Source of the DNA: Bacteroidaceae bacterium
GTDB taxonomy: Bacteria; Bacteroidota; Bacteroidia; Bacteroidales; Bacteroidaceae
Assembly: GCA_017552435.1 (NCBI GenBank)
Contig: JAFZPZ010000004.1
Location: 4,600-68,599, forward strand
Length of the DNA stretch: 64,000 nt
Reading direction: 5' to 3'
Shown: piece by piece, positions 10,533-19,288 of the stretch
Layout: every line of letters begins with the position of its first letter
How positions within the stretch are numbered: position 1 is the stretch's first letter
Program-made: the position numbers and the translations under genes
Notes under the pieces: model-generated
Databases searched by the model: none
Told to the model about the DNA's origin: nothing
The model's input: only the letters and a program-made list of their open reading frames with translations

Positions 10533-11477
10533 CTATCGCAATAAGAGCCAGGTAAGATAAGCCAGGTAGCAGAGGACTAGCAGGATGCCTTCCTTCTTGT
10601 CGAGCTTGTGGCCCGTGCTGGCGACAAGCCAAGTCAGCATCACACTGCCCACAAATACGAACCAGTCTATCAGCGTAATCTCTGTTACAGGCATCTGGAC
10701 GAAGCTGCCGCAAGTTCCTATCACAAAGGCAACGTTGAAGATATTGCTACCGATGGCATTGCCCAGGGACAGTCCGTAACTGCCTTTACGAGCCGCAATG
10801 ACGCTTGTGGCAAGTTCCGGGAAACTTGTCCCGCCTGCCAGGATGGTCATACCTATGACACTCTCTCTGATGCCAATCTCGCGGGCAAAAGCAGCTGCAT
10901 TCTCCACCAGAACGCGGCCGCCGCCTACCAAAGCCACCGTACCTACGATGATAAACAGAGTTATCCTGGACAAAGACATTTCCTGTTTTTGGTTCTCCCC
11001 TTCTTGGGAGGGGGCCGCTTTCCTGTCCTTCGCCGCTATCTGGTAGGTCATGTAGATATAGACACAGAAGAAAACCGCAAGCGTGAAGCCTTCCCACCTT
11101 TGAATCGTACCTCCCGTGTAGGCGAAGAGCCAAAGCAAACACGAGACAGATAGGCAGACGAGAAAGTGCTGACGGAGTTGCAAGTCCCTTACCTTGATTG
11201 GCCTCATAATGGATGAAGCCCCGATTATTACAAGGATATTGAAGATATTGCTTCCCAAGATATTTCCCACGCTCATGTCACTACTGTTCCTGAGCACGCT
11301 CATCAAGCTCACGATGAACTCGGGCAGGCTTGTCCCAAGCGAAACGATAGTCAAGCCAATGACCAACTCGCTCACGTTCAGTCTTCGTGCTAAGCCGCAG
11401 GCTCCTTCGGTAAAGCGATCAGCGCCCCAAAGCACAACCGCAATGCCAACGATAATCAGGACAAGTTCAAGTATCAT
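10533..11477 (-). CDS. Ca2+/Na+ antiporter (CaCA family, YrbG-like)
   Basis: Two-fold repeated membrane architecture with alpha-repeat motifs GNILGSNIFNILVIIG and GNAIGSNIFNVAFVIG. I chose the ATG at 11477 because the TTG at 11495 overlaps the predicted -7 box. Confidence 0.8.
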   Translation of the reverse strand: MILELVLIIVGIAVVLWGADRFTEGACGLARRLNVSELVIGLTIVSLGTSLPEFIVSLMSVLRNSSDMSVGNILGSNIFNILVIIGASSIMRPIKVRDLQLRQHFLVCLSVSCLLWLFAYTGGTIQRWEGFTLAVFFCVYIYMTYQIAAKDRKAAPSQEGENQKQEMSLSRITLFIIVGTVALVGGGRVLVENAAAFAREIGIRESVIGMTILAGGTSFPELATSVIAARKGSYGLSLGNAIGSNIFNVAFVIGTCGSFVQMPVTEITLIDWFVFVGSVMLTWLVASTGHKLDKKEGILLVLCYLAYLTWLLLR

Positions 11478-11492
11478 AATTAAAAAACGCTG

Positions 11493-11500
11493 CAAAGGTA
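11493..11500 (-). promoter_or_regulatory. Bacteroidota -7 promoter box (TACCTTTG) for the antiporter gene
   Basis: The plus strand reads TGCAAAGGTAC. Its reverse complement matches the TAnnTTTG consensus, 16 nt upstream of the chosen ATG. Confidence 0.5.
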
Positions 11501-11510
11501 CAACAAAAAA

Positions 11511-11536
11511 GTGAAAAGTGAAAAGTGAAAAGTGAA
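11511..11536. repeat. (GTGAAAA) heptamer tandem repeat, about 3.7 units
   Basis: Read directly as gtgaaaagtgaaaagtgaaaagtgaa. It lies immediately upstream of the antiporter promoter. The same array recurs at 58300-58326. Confidence 0.9.
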
Positions 11537-11691
11537 GAATTAAGATTTATTTGTTTTTCTGAGCGCAAAAAGTAGCTCGACCATAGGTTTTTCGCGACAC
11601 TCGACATGCAAAGATAAGTTAAAAAAGGCCGAAATAATGCAATTTTCGTTGCATAAAGACACCTTTCGCTTGCGGAATGGTATTTTTTGCG

Positions 11692-11699
11692 TACCTTTG
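11692..11699 (+). promoter_or_regulatory. -7 promoter box (TACCTTTG) for the TPR protein gene
   Basis: gcgTACCTTTGcc lies 40 nt upstream of the ATG at 11739. Confidence 0.5.
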
Positions 11700-11738
11700 C
11701 CCTCAGAATAACAACAAACAGCAATTAATACTTTATAA

Positions 11739-13160
11739 TTGAATAAAGCTATGAAGAAACTGACATTCGCTCTCCTGTTTGCAATAAGTGCATCAGGTGT
11801 TATGGCACAAAACTTCTCGGGTAGCACGGTGGATGAACGTATTGCTCACTCGACTGGCAATAACGAAGACAGCATTAAGACTGCCAAGGGATACATCACG
11901 ATGTTCCAGCAGGCCGGAGCCAACAAGGACTACCAGGACATGTACATCAACTATACATGGCTCAAGAAGTATGCGCCGTTCGCTGTCAACGGTCTCTATA
12001 CGCAAGGCCCGTTCATGTTCTACAACCTCATCAATGCCGAACAGGACCAGGCTAAGAAGAAGCAGTACTTCGACGAAATGATGGAGCTCTTTGACCTCCG
12101 CCAGAAGAACCTGGACGTTCTTAACACTTTCGCAAACACAAAGAGCACCTTGGGCGACGTATTGAGCGTTAAGGCCGAGTACTACAACTGGACAGCTCCT
12201 GCTGTTCTGGGCAAAGACTTCGACCTGCGCGAGTCATATAAGAATTTCTCCGAAGCCATCAAGATGGTGAACGAACAAGGCGGCCGCGAAATCACAGGCA
12301 CTTTCCTCCAGACCTTCTTCCTGGTGAGCGATGCAGTGTATAAGGCTATGCCCAACACCACACGCGAGCAGTATCTGCAGGACTATCTGGACAGCAAGGA
12401 TGCTTGCGAGAAAATGCTCCAGCTGGCTAAAGAGGCTAAGGCAAACGGTGACAACGAGAAAGCAGAAAAACTCCTGGCCACCTACGACGCTCCTCTCGCA
12501 GCCATCGAACAGATCTTCTCGCAGAGCGGAGCAGCCGACAGCACACAGCTCATCGCCATCTACACCAAGAAGTTCGATGCCTACAAAGGGGACATCAACA
12601 AGCTGAACTCCAGCCTGACCCTCATGCAGCAGAACGACCTCGACGACGTGGACATCTATTATCAGTATGCCGAAGCCGCATACGCCTTGGAGCCCACCTT
12701 CACCAGCGCCATCGGTCTGGCACAGAAGGCCCAGAAGGACGGCGAGCATGAGAAAATGCTCGAGTACTATAACAAGGCACTTGAACTTGCCACGAGCGAT
12801 GCAAGGCGCGGGGCTATCTGCCTGAATATCTGCAACGGTCTGACCAAGAGCAAGCAATACACAGGTGCTCTGACCTATGCCGAAAAAGCTATTGGCTACA
12901 ATCCCGACCTCACAGGCAAAGCCTACCTCAAGATGGCTAACATCTACACCCTTCTCGGCCAGTACGGAGAAGCTATCGGCTACTGTGACAAGGCAGGCGA
13001 AGCCGACATCACCGTTAGCGGTTCCGCTACCCGCCTCAAAGAGAATATCCAGAAAGCACAGGCCAACCAGGCTGCCAACGACAAGGCTCGCAAGGCTTAC
13101 GACGACTTCATCAAGCGCCAGAAGGCAGAGGAGGAATTCTGGAAAGGTGGAGCAAAATAA
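11739..13160 (+). CDS. Secreted tetratricopeptide-repeat (TPR) protein
   Basis: 473 aa. Signal peptide (ALLFAISASGVMAQ). Helical-repeat composition, with TPR-like segments in the C-terminal half (YNKALELA..., YAEKAIGYNPD..., GQYGEAIGYCDKA). Confidence 0.6.
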   Translation: MNKAMKKLTFALLFAISASGVMAQNFSGSTVDERIAHSTGNNEDSIKTAKGYITMFQQAGANKDYQDMYINYTWLKKYAPFAVNGLYTQGPFMFYNLINAEQDQAKKKQYFDEMMELFDLRQKNLDVLNTFANTKSTLGDVLSVKAEYYNWTAPAVLGKDFDLRESYKNFSEAIKMVNEQGGREITGTFLQTFFLVSDAVYKAMPNTTREQYLQDYLDSKDACEKMLQLAKEAKANGDNEKAEKLLATYDAPLAAIEQIFSQSGAADSTQLIAIYTKKFDAYKGDINKLNSSLTLMQQNDLDDVDIYYQYAEAAYALEPTFTSAIGLAQKAQKDGEHEKMLEYYNKALELATSDARRGAICLNICNGLTKSKQYTGALTYAEKAIGYNPDLTGKAYLKMANIYTLLGQYGEAIGYCDKAGEADITVSGSATRLKENIQKAQANQAANDKARKAYDDFIKRQKAEEEFWKGGAK

Positions 13161-13206
13161 TAATTGTCCTGATGACGAGTTTATAAGATGTTAAGTTGAC
13201 ACAATA

Positions 13207-13242
13207 TGGCCCGCCTTGCTTTCCTGCATGGCGGGCTATTTC
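13207..13242 (+). terminator. Rho-independent terminator after the TPR gene
   Basis: GCCCGCC (13209-13215) pairs with GGCGGGC (13230-13236) and is followed by TATTTCG. Confidence 0.55.
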
Positions 13243-13400
13243 GTACTATAATGTCTTTCCCTGAAGAAAAAAGCAAAAAACTTGTCGATTACTTTGCAAA
13301 AACAAACAAATATTTGTAATTTTACACACAAAAAGTGTAAAATAACCCAAAAGTAAGGCCAAAAAACAACATTAATCATTCAATATTACATATTTATAAT

Positions 13401-13613
13401 ATGACAAACCAACTTTTATTTCTCGGCAGTTTGGGCAGCCAAGAAATCATCATCATTGCCCTTGTCATACTGCTCCTCTTCGGAGGCAAGAAAATCCCTG
13501 AACTCATGCGTGGCCTCGGCAAAGGCGTATCACAATTCAAGAAAGGCATGAAAGACATTGAAGAGGAAATCAATGCCGAGCCCGAAAAGAAAGAAGAAAT
13601 TCAAAACAAATAA
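13401..13613 (+). CDS. tatA: Twin-arginine translocase subunit TatA/E
   Basis: 70 aa. One N-terminal TM helix followed by an amphipathic helix. Contains the diagnostic [26 protein letters not shown]. Confidence 0.85.
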   Translation: MTNQLLFLGSLGSQEIIIIALVILLLFGGKKIPELMRGLGKGVSQFKKGMKDIEEEINAEPEKKEEIQNK

Positions 13614-13647
13614 CATAAGTTTAACCATCCAAAACAAAACATTTCTT

Positions 13648-15171
13648 ATGAAAGACATGTCAAGAAGATCCTTCCTCAAGGCAGGAACTGCAGCAACCGC
13701 TGCTCTGGCAATGGCCCCCGCCGATGTGCTCGGTAAGGCTAAAGCAACAAAGAAGAACGTACAAACCGGTAAGATTAAGCTCCTCGGCGTAGGTGTCGGT
13801 GGCCGCGGTCATGCTGACATCAATGGCGTCACCTATAAGGGCAAGGGTGAAATCTACGATGACATCGAGTTCATCGGCATGTGCGACGTGGACTGGAAGT
13901 ATGCCAAGGGCGTCCTCGACGAGTACCAGAAGCTCTTCCCCAACATGAAGATCTACAACGACTATAAGAAGATGTATGCCGAGTTGCTGGATCAGGCCGA
14001 TGCCGTTATCTGCGGTACTGCCGACCACACTCATGCCATCATCTGCGCCGAGGCTCTGGCAGCAGGAAAGCACGTTTATTGCGAGAAGCCCCTCACCCGC
14101 ACCGTTTACGAATCTCGTCTGCTCACCAAGTTGGCTGCCAAGGCTGGCGTTGCTACACAGATGGGTAACCAAGGTTCCAGCGGCGAAGGTGTCAACCTGA
14201 CATGCGAATGGATTTGGAACGGTGAGATTGGTGAAGTAACTCGCGTTGATGCCTTCACAGACCGTCCTATCTGGCCCCAGGGTCTTGAGCGTCCGACAGA
14301 AGTACACGAGATTCCCAGCACGCTGAACTGGGATGCCTTCATCGGTCCAGCTCCCAAGCGCCCCTACAACTCTATCTATCACCCTTGGAATTTCCGCGGA
14401 TGGTGGGACTTCGGTACCGGTGCTCTTGGTGATATGGCTTGCCACATCCTGCATCCCGTATTCAAGGCTCTGGATTTGGGCTATCCCATCCACGCTGAAG
14501 GTAGCTCTACCCCACTAATGTCAGACTGCTGCCCCAGTGCACAGGTTGTTAAACTGACATATCCTGCTCGTCCCAACCGTCCTAAGGTAGCTATGCCCGA
14601 GGTCGTTGTAACATGGAGCGATGGCGGTATCATTCCCTTCCGTCCCGAAGGCTTGGCAATTGGCAAGAACCTGAACGTTAGCGGTGGCGGTGCCATCTTC
14701 TATGGTACAAAGGACATTTTGGTTGTTGGTTGCTACGGTGAGAAGCCTTATCTGGTAAGTGGCCGAGTTCCCAACGCTCCAAAGGTATGCCGTCGAGTAA
14801 CTGAGAGCCACCAGCGTGACTGGATCCGTGCTATCAAGGAAATTCGTGCAGGCAAGACCGATTGGACAAGAACAGCTTCTGACTTCAGCGAAGCAGGTCC
14901 ATTCAACGAAATGGTTGCAATGGGCGTAGTTGCTACACGTCTGCAGGGTCTGAACCAGGTATTGGATTGGGATGGCGAGAACATGCGCTTTACCAACATC
15001 CCCGAAAAGGCTACCGTTCAATCTATGCTTAAGGACGGCTTCTCCATCCACGATGGTCACCCCACATTCGACAAGAAGTGGACAGATCCCGTTAATGCAC
15101 GTGAGTTCGCTGCAGAATTGATTAAGCCTAAGTATCAGAACGGCTATGTCCTGCCCGACATGCCCGCATAA
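13648..15171 (+). CDS. Gfo/Idh/MocA-family oxidoreductase with twin-arginine (Tat) signal peptide
   Basis: The internal ATG at 13648 gives MKDMSRRSFLKAGTAATAALAMAPA, a classic SRRxFLK Tat signal. A Rossmann GVGVGGRG motif follows. The longer ORF from 13558 would overlap tatA. Confidence 0.85.
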   Translation: MKDMSRRSFLKAGTAATAALAMAPADVLGKAKATKKNVQTGKIKLLGVGVGGRGHADINGVTYKGKGEIYDDIEFIGMCDVDWKYAKGVLDEYQKLFPNMKIYNDYKKMYAELLDQADAVICGTADHTHAIICAEALAAGKHVYCEKPLTRTVYESRLLTKLAAKAGVATQMGNQGSSGEGVNLTCEWIWNGEIGEVTRVDAFTDRPIWPQGLERPTEVHEIPSTLNWDAFIGPAPKRPYNSIYHPWNFRGWWDFGTGALGDMACHILHPVFKALDLGYPIHAEGSSTPLMSDCCPSAQVVKLTYPARPNRPKVAMPEVVVTWSDGGIIPFRPEGLAIGKNLNVSGGGAIFYGTKDILVVGCYGEKPYLVSGRVPNAPKVCRRVTESHQRDWIRAIKEIRAGKTDWTRTASDFSEAGPFNEMVAMGVVATRLQGLNQVLDWDGENMRFTNIPEKATVQSMLKDGFSIHDGHPTFDKKWTDPVNAREFAAELIKPKYQNGYVLPDMPA

Positions 15172-15193
15172 AAACATCACAGTTCATACAACA

Positions 15194-16054
15194 ATGAAAC
15201 TAAGAACTCTCCTTGCCGCAGCAGCATTGGCTGCTGCGGCTGGCGTACAGGCTCAGCCTCAGTACGTCGTTATCGAAAACCCGCAGGTTGACCTCAGTAC
15301 GCTGAAAGTTGACAAAGACGGCTATTATGTTCTTTTCGACGGTACCAGTCTCGAAGGCTGGCGCGGCTATTGTAAAGATCACATCCCCGGCAAGTGGAAC
15401 ATCAAGGACGGCGCCCTGCACTTCAACGGACGCGGGCAGGGCGAAGGTGGCGATATCATCTTCGCACACAAGTTCAAGAACTTCGAGTTTGAGATTGAAT
15501 GGAAAATCTGTGAGGGCGGCAACTCCGGCATCTTCTATCTGGGCAAGGAAACCGCTACCATCAACAATGACGAGCCTAAGACCGAAGAAACGAAAGCCGG
15601 CAATGTGACCATCACACAGACTATCGACAATCGCGGCAAGCTCAACTATCAACCCATCTATATCAGCTGTCCTGAGTGTCAGGTTCTCGACAACGAACGC
15701 CATCCCGACGCAAAACTCGGTGCAACACTCGGCATCCGTCAGAGCACAAGCCTCTACGACATGATTGTCGCAAAGCCACAGAATGCCAATCCTGCCGGTC
15801 AGTGGAACAAGGTGAAGATTGTCGTGAAAAACGGCAAGGTGACACACTTCCAAAACGGCGTGAAGGTGCTGAGCTACACTTTGGCCGACAAATCATGGGT
15901 TGACCTCGTTCAGACATCCAAGTTCAGCCAGAAGAATTGGCCCCTTGCTTTCGAAATCATGAAGGATTGTGGCAAGGATGCCGGCTACTTCGGCATGCAG
16001 GATCACGGCGACGAAGTGTGGTATCGCAACATCCGCGTCAAAGTTTTGAAATAA
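15194..16054 (+). CDS. DUF1080 (3-keto-disaccharide hydrolase family) secreted protein
   Basis: Signal peptide MKLRTLLAAAALAAAAGVQA. DUF1080-type blocks are present: LFDGTSLEGWRGY, WNIKDGALHFNG, FEFEIEWKI..GGNSGIFY, QDHGDEVWYRNIRVK. Confidence 0.75.
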   Translation: MKLRTLLAAAALAAAAGVQAQPQYVVIENPQVDLSTLKVDKDGYYVLFDGTSLEGWRGYCKDHIPGKWNIKDGALHFNGRGQGEGGDIIFAHKFKNFEFEIEWKICEGGNSGIFYLGKETATINNDEPKTEETKAGNVTITQTIDNRGKLNYQPIYISCPECQVLDNERHPDAKLGATLGIRQSTSLYDMIVAKPQNANPAGQWNKVKIVVKNGKVTHFQNGVKVLSYTLADKSWVDLVQTSKFSQKNWPLAFEIMKDCGKDAGYFGMQDHGDEVWYRNIRVKVLK

Positions 16055-16069
16055 TTTATCTACGCAACA

Positions 16070-16957
16070 ATGAAGAAGATATTTTCTATCGCACTGATGG
16101 CGTTGGTAGCTCTTACCTTGAGCTTGAATGTCGACGCCAAGAAGAAAGAGATTTGCTTCCAGATGTATTCTGTTCGGGACCTTATCGGTAACCCCGAGAA
16201 GTTCGCGCAGAACCACAAAGATGTGCTTGCAAAGCTCGCCGCAATGGGATATACATCCACCGAGGCCGCTAATTACGACAACGGCAAGCTCTATGGCCTC
16301 ACTCCCGAAGAATACAAGGCAGAAATTGAAGCTGCAGGACTAAAGGTTCTTTCAAGCCATGTTGGTCACAACCTGAGTGGCGACGAACTGAAATCCGGCA
16401 ATTTTGACGGCGCCTTGAAGTGGTGGGAACAATGCATTGACGCTCACAAGCGTGCAGGCATGAAGTACATCGTAAATCCAGGTGTCAATTTCCCGAAGAC
16501 TTTGGCTGAAGCTGAAGTTATCTGCAACTATCTGAACAAGGTAGGCGAGATGGTAAACGCAGCAGGCATGAAGTTCGGCTACCACAACCACTCACACGAG
16601 TTTAACAAGGTCGAGAACAAGGTGTGGTATGACTATATGGTTGAACACACCGATCCCGAAAAGGTATTCTTTGAGATGGACGTTTACTGGGCTGTTCGCG
16701 GACAAGTAAGCCCCGTAGAGTACTTCAAGAAGTATCCAGGCCGTTTCACCCTGCTCCACATTAAGGACCATAAGGAATTTGGAGAAAGTGGCATGGTCGG
16801 TTTCGACGCCATTTTCAACAATGCCGACGTTGCAGGATTGAAGGCTTTAGTCGTTGAGTTGGAAGGAAGTAACAGGCCCAACATTCTGGATGGCATGAAG
16901 GTTTGCGCCGACTACCTCAAAGCAGCAAAGTTTGTCAAAGCAAGTTACGACAAATAA
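16070..16957 (+). CDS. Sugar phosphate isomerase/epimerase (xylose-isomerase-like TIM barrel), with Sec signal
   Basis: 295 aa. Signal peptide MKKIFSIALMALVALTLSLNVDA. Typical AP_endonuc_2-type blocks (GYTSTEAAN, FGYHNHSHEF, DVYW, LHIKD). Confidence 0.8.
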   Translation: MKKIFSIALMALVALTLSLNVDAKKKEICFQMYSVRDLIGNPEKFAQNHKDVLAKLAAMGYTSTEAANYDNGKLYGLTPEEYKAEIEAAGLKVLSSHVGHNLSGDELKSGNFDGALKWWEQCIDAHKRAGMKYIVNPGVNFPKTLAEAEVICNYLNKVGEMVNAAGMKFGYHNHSHEFNKVENKVWYDYMVEHTDPEKVFFEMDVYWAVRGQVSPVEYFKKYPGRFTLLHIKDHKEFGESGMVGFDAIFNNADVAGLKALVVELEGSNRPNILDGMKVCADYLKAAKFVKASYDK

Positions 16958-16966
16958 GTGATTTTT

Positions 16967-17053
16967 AGTTCATAGTTCATAGTCCATAATTCATAGTTTT
17001 TCATCTCGACTGATTCGAGGCGTAGCCCAACTATGAACTATGAACTATGAATT
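16967..17053. repeat. Inverted arrays of the heptamer AGTTCAT, forming a long imperfect hairpin
   Basis: The left array at 16967-16998 reads agttcatagttcatagtccataattcatagtt. The right array at 17029-17053 reads aactatgaactatgaactatgaatt, the reverse complement of the same word. The element lies between the TIM-barrel stop (16957) and the tatC start (17063). Confidence 0.85.
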
Positions 17054-17062
17054 ATTTCTGTT

Positions 17063-17899
17063 ATGGAATTAGAAGATAAAAGCAAAGCAGAACAGTTAGA
17101 AGAGACAGAAGAGCAAGAGGGCGCGATGTCATTTTGGGACCATCTGGAAGTACTGCGTTGGGCATTGTTTCGTAGTGCTTGTGTATTGGCCGTCATCATG
17201 GTTGGCACATTCATTGCCATGCCCTACATCTTCGACCGTTTCATCCTTGCTCCCACTAGCAACGACTTCTTTATTTATCGATGGCTCAATAGCATTGGCG
17301 GTGGCATCGTGAAACTTTCGCAGGACTTCGACGTACAGATTATCAACATCAACGTCGCCAGTCAGTTTATGACGCATATCTCGACATCCATCTCGCTGGC
17401 TGCTGTCATCGCTTTCCCCTACTTCATATGGGAGGTATGGAAGTTCATCGAGCCTGCACTTTTCGAAGACGAGATAAAGCACTTGCGTCCAGCCTTCCTT
17501 GGTGGCACCATTATGTTCTACCTCGGTTGCGCCATAGGCTATACACTGGTTTTCCCCTTCACTTTCCGTTTCCTCGTCGAGTATAACCTGAGCCCCAGCA
17601 TTACCAACCAAATCAACCTTCAGAGCTACATCGACAACTTCACGATGCTCATCCTTGTCATGGGCATTGTCTTTGAAATGCCGCTGTTGGCTTGGTTACT
17701 GAGTCTGTTTGGTATTCTGCGCAAAAGTTTCCTCCGCGAATATAAGCGACACGCCGTTGTCGTTCTCCTTATCTCTGCTGCCATCATTACTCCCAGCGGT
17801 GACCCCTTCACACTTATGCTTGTGTTCATTCCTCTTTATGTGCTTTATGAGTTGTCAATCCTCGTTGTAAAGGATAAACCGAAGAAATCTGAGGAATAA
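17063..17899 (+). CDS. tatC: Twin-arginine translocase subunit TatC
   Basis: 278 aa with six predicted TM helices. The conserved MSFWDHLEVLRWALF N-terminal block (HLxELRxR-like) matches the TatC family pattern. Confidence 0.9.
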   Translation: MELEDKSKAEQLEETEEQEGAMSFWDHLEVLRWALFRSACVLAVIMVGTFIAMPYIFDRFILAPTSNDFFIYRWLNSIGGGIVKLSQDFDVQIININVASQFMTHISTSISLAAVIAFPYFIWEVWKFIEPALFEDEIKHLRPAFLGGTIMFYLGCAIGYTLVFPFTFRFLVEYNLSPSITNQINLQSYIDNFTMLILVMGIVFEMPLLAWLLSLFGILRKSFLREYKRHAVVVLLISAAIITPSGDPFTLMLVFIPLYVLYELSILVVKDKPKKSEE

Positions 17900-18017
17900 C
17901 CGCATTTCTCGCATATTTTACCCCTATCTGACACATAAAAAGAGCAAAAACAGCGTAACAAAGGCCTAAAACGCATAAAAAATTTACATTTTTCTTGCAC
18001 GATATTAAATAATGTTG

Positions 18018-18025
18018 TAACTTTG
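18018..18025 (+). promoter_or_regulatory. -7 promoter box (TAACTTTG) for the OmpA-family gene
   Basis: ttgTAACTTTGcgg lies about 75 nt upstream of the ATG at 18102. Confidence 0.45.
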
Positions 18026-18101
18026 CGGCGACTTAAAGCATGTTAAATAACTTTATTGAAAGTAAAAAAGGACATAAATAATGTTAATAAATTTTAAAAA
18101 C

Positions 18102-19178
18102 ATGAAAAAGATTACTCTCGTGCTCGTTGCTATGTTTGGCATGGCAATGGCAGCCAGTGCTCAGTACACTGGTCACAAGTTTTTCGACAATTGGTCAATT
18201 GGTGCAGAAGGTGGCGTAAGTACCAACCTTCATGATTGGGACACTCCCAATGGTGGTGTAGCAGGCATCAACTTCACCAAGGGCATCACTCCCGTTCTGA
18301 GTTTGGAATTCCAGCTGCAGGCAGGCTTCAACGATGATGCCAACTGGAACTGGGGTGCTAAGAGCGCCAACATTGTTGACAATGCTAGCGTCTTTGCAAA
18401 CACAAAGATTAACCTCATGAACTGGTTCGGTGGTTATAAGGGTTCTCCCCGTTTCTTCGAGATTCAGGCTCGTGGTGGTGTCGGCTATACTCGTTTCTTC
18501 TGGCCTGGTGAAGTTACCACAAAGAGCAGCAATGATTTGAATCGTTGCAACTTCAAGTTCGGTTTTGACTTCGATTTCAATCTTGGTGAGAAGAAAGCAT
18601 GGACTATCAGCCTCCGTCCTGCAGTTGTCCTCAAGACCAGCCGAGACAACGATATTGTTCGTGGAAACCCAGGAATTGGTATGCCTGTTGTATGTGACAA
18701 CGAAAGCGGTTGCTTAGCTTATGGTCACAACTGCATTGGCCAAATTACCGCTGGTGTAACTTATCACTTCAAGACCAGCAACGGCACTCATCACTTCACC
18801 GAGGTTAAGCCCGTTGAGGTTACCAAGGTTGTCGAGAAGGTTGTTGAGAAGCCCGTCGAGAAGGTTGTCGAGAAGGTTGTCGAGAAGGTTGTCACCAAGA
18901 ACAATGGCGGCGTTACCATCGAGTTCGCTCAGAACAAGGCTATCCTCACCAACACCGCAAAGGCTAAGTTGAATGCTATTGATAAGGGTACTGTTGTTGC
19001 TATCGATGGCTATGCTTCTCCCGAAGGTGCTAAGGCATACAACCAGAAGCTGTCACAGCGTCGTTGCGATGCAGTTAAGGCATACCTCGAGGATCGCGGT
19101 GTGAAGGTTACTGACATCAACGCTCACGGTGCAGCTGGTCCAGAATCTCAGCGTATAGTTTACGTTACAATCAAGTAA
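18102..19178 (+). CDS. OmpA-family outer-membrane protein (beta-barrel + repeat linker + OmpA/peptidoglycan-binding domain)
   Basis: Signal peptide MKKITLVLVAMFGMAMAASAQ. Aromatic-rich beta-barrel region. The linker is VEKVVEKPVEKVVEKVVEKVV. The C-terminal OmpA-like block is GYASPEGAKAYNQKLSQRRCDAVKAYL. Confidence 0.75.
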   Translation: MKKITLVLVAMFGMAMAASAQYTGHKFFDNWSIGAEGGVSTNLHDWDTPNGGVAGINFTKGITPVLSLEFQLQAGFNDDANWNWGAKSANIVDNASVFANTKINLMNWFGGYKGSPRFFEIQARGGVGYTRFFWPGEVTTKSSNDLNRCNFKFGFDFDFNLGEKKAWTISLRPAVVLKTSRDNDIVRGNPGIGMPVVCDNESGCLAYGHNCIGQITAGVTYHFKTSNGTHHFTEVKPVEVTKVVEKVVEKPVEKVVEKVVEKVVTKNNGGVTIEFAQNKAILTNTAKAKLNAIDKGTVVAIDGYASPEGAKAYNQKLSQRRCDAVKAYLEDRGVKVTDINAHGAAGPESQRIVYVTIK

Positions 19179-19200
19179 GCAGAAACAAACCTAACAAAAT

Positions 19201-19240
19201 AAAGGAAGCCTTACCGAATGGTGAGGCTTCCTTTATTTAT
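19201..19240. terminator. Bidirectional Rho-independent terminator between the convergent ompA-like and aminotransferase genes
   Basis: AAAGGAAGCCT (19201-19211) pairs with AGGCTTCCTTT (19224-19234). T-rich tracts flank the stem on both strands. Confidence 0.75.
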
Positions 19241-19288
19241 TATATGTAGAGAAGTTGGGTATTCGAATGCCGTATCAATAACGAAACA

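Noticed and set aside
13558-13647. The upstream extension of the oxidoreductase ORF ([19 protein letters not shown]...), which overlaps the end of tatA.
   Set aside because: The internal ATG at 13648 yields a textbook twin-arginine signal at the N-terminus. The extension overlaps tatA in another frame and would bury the signal peptide.
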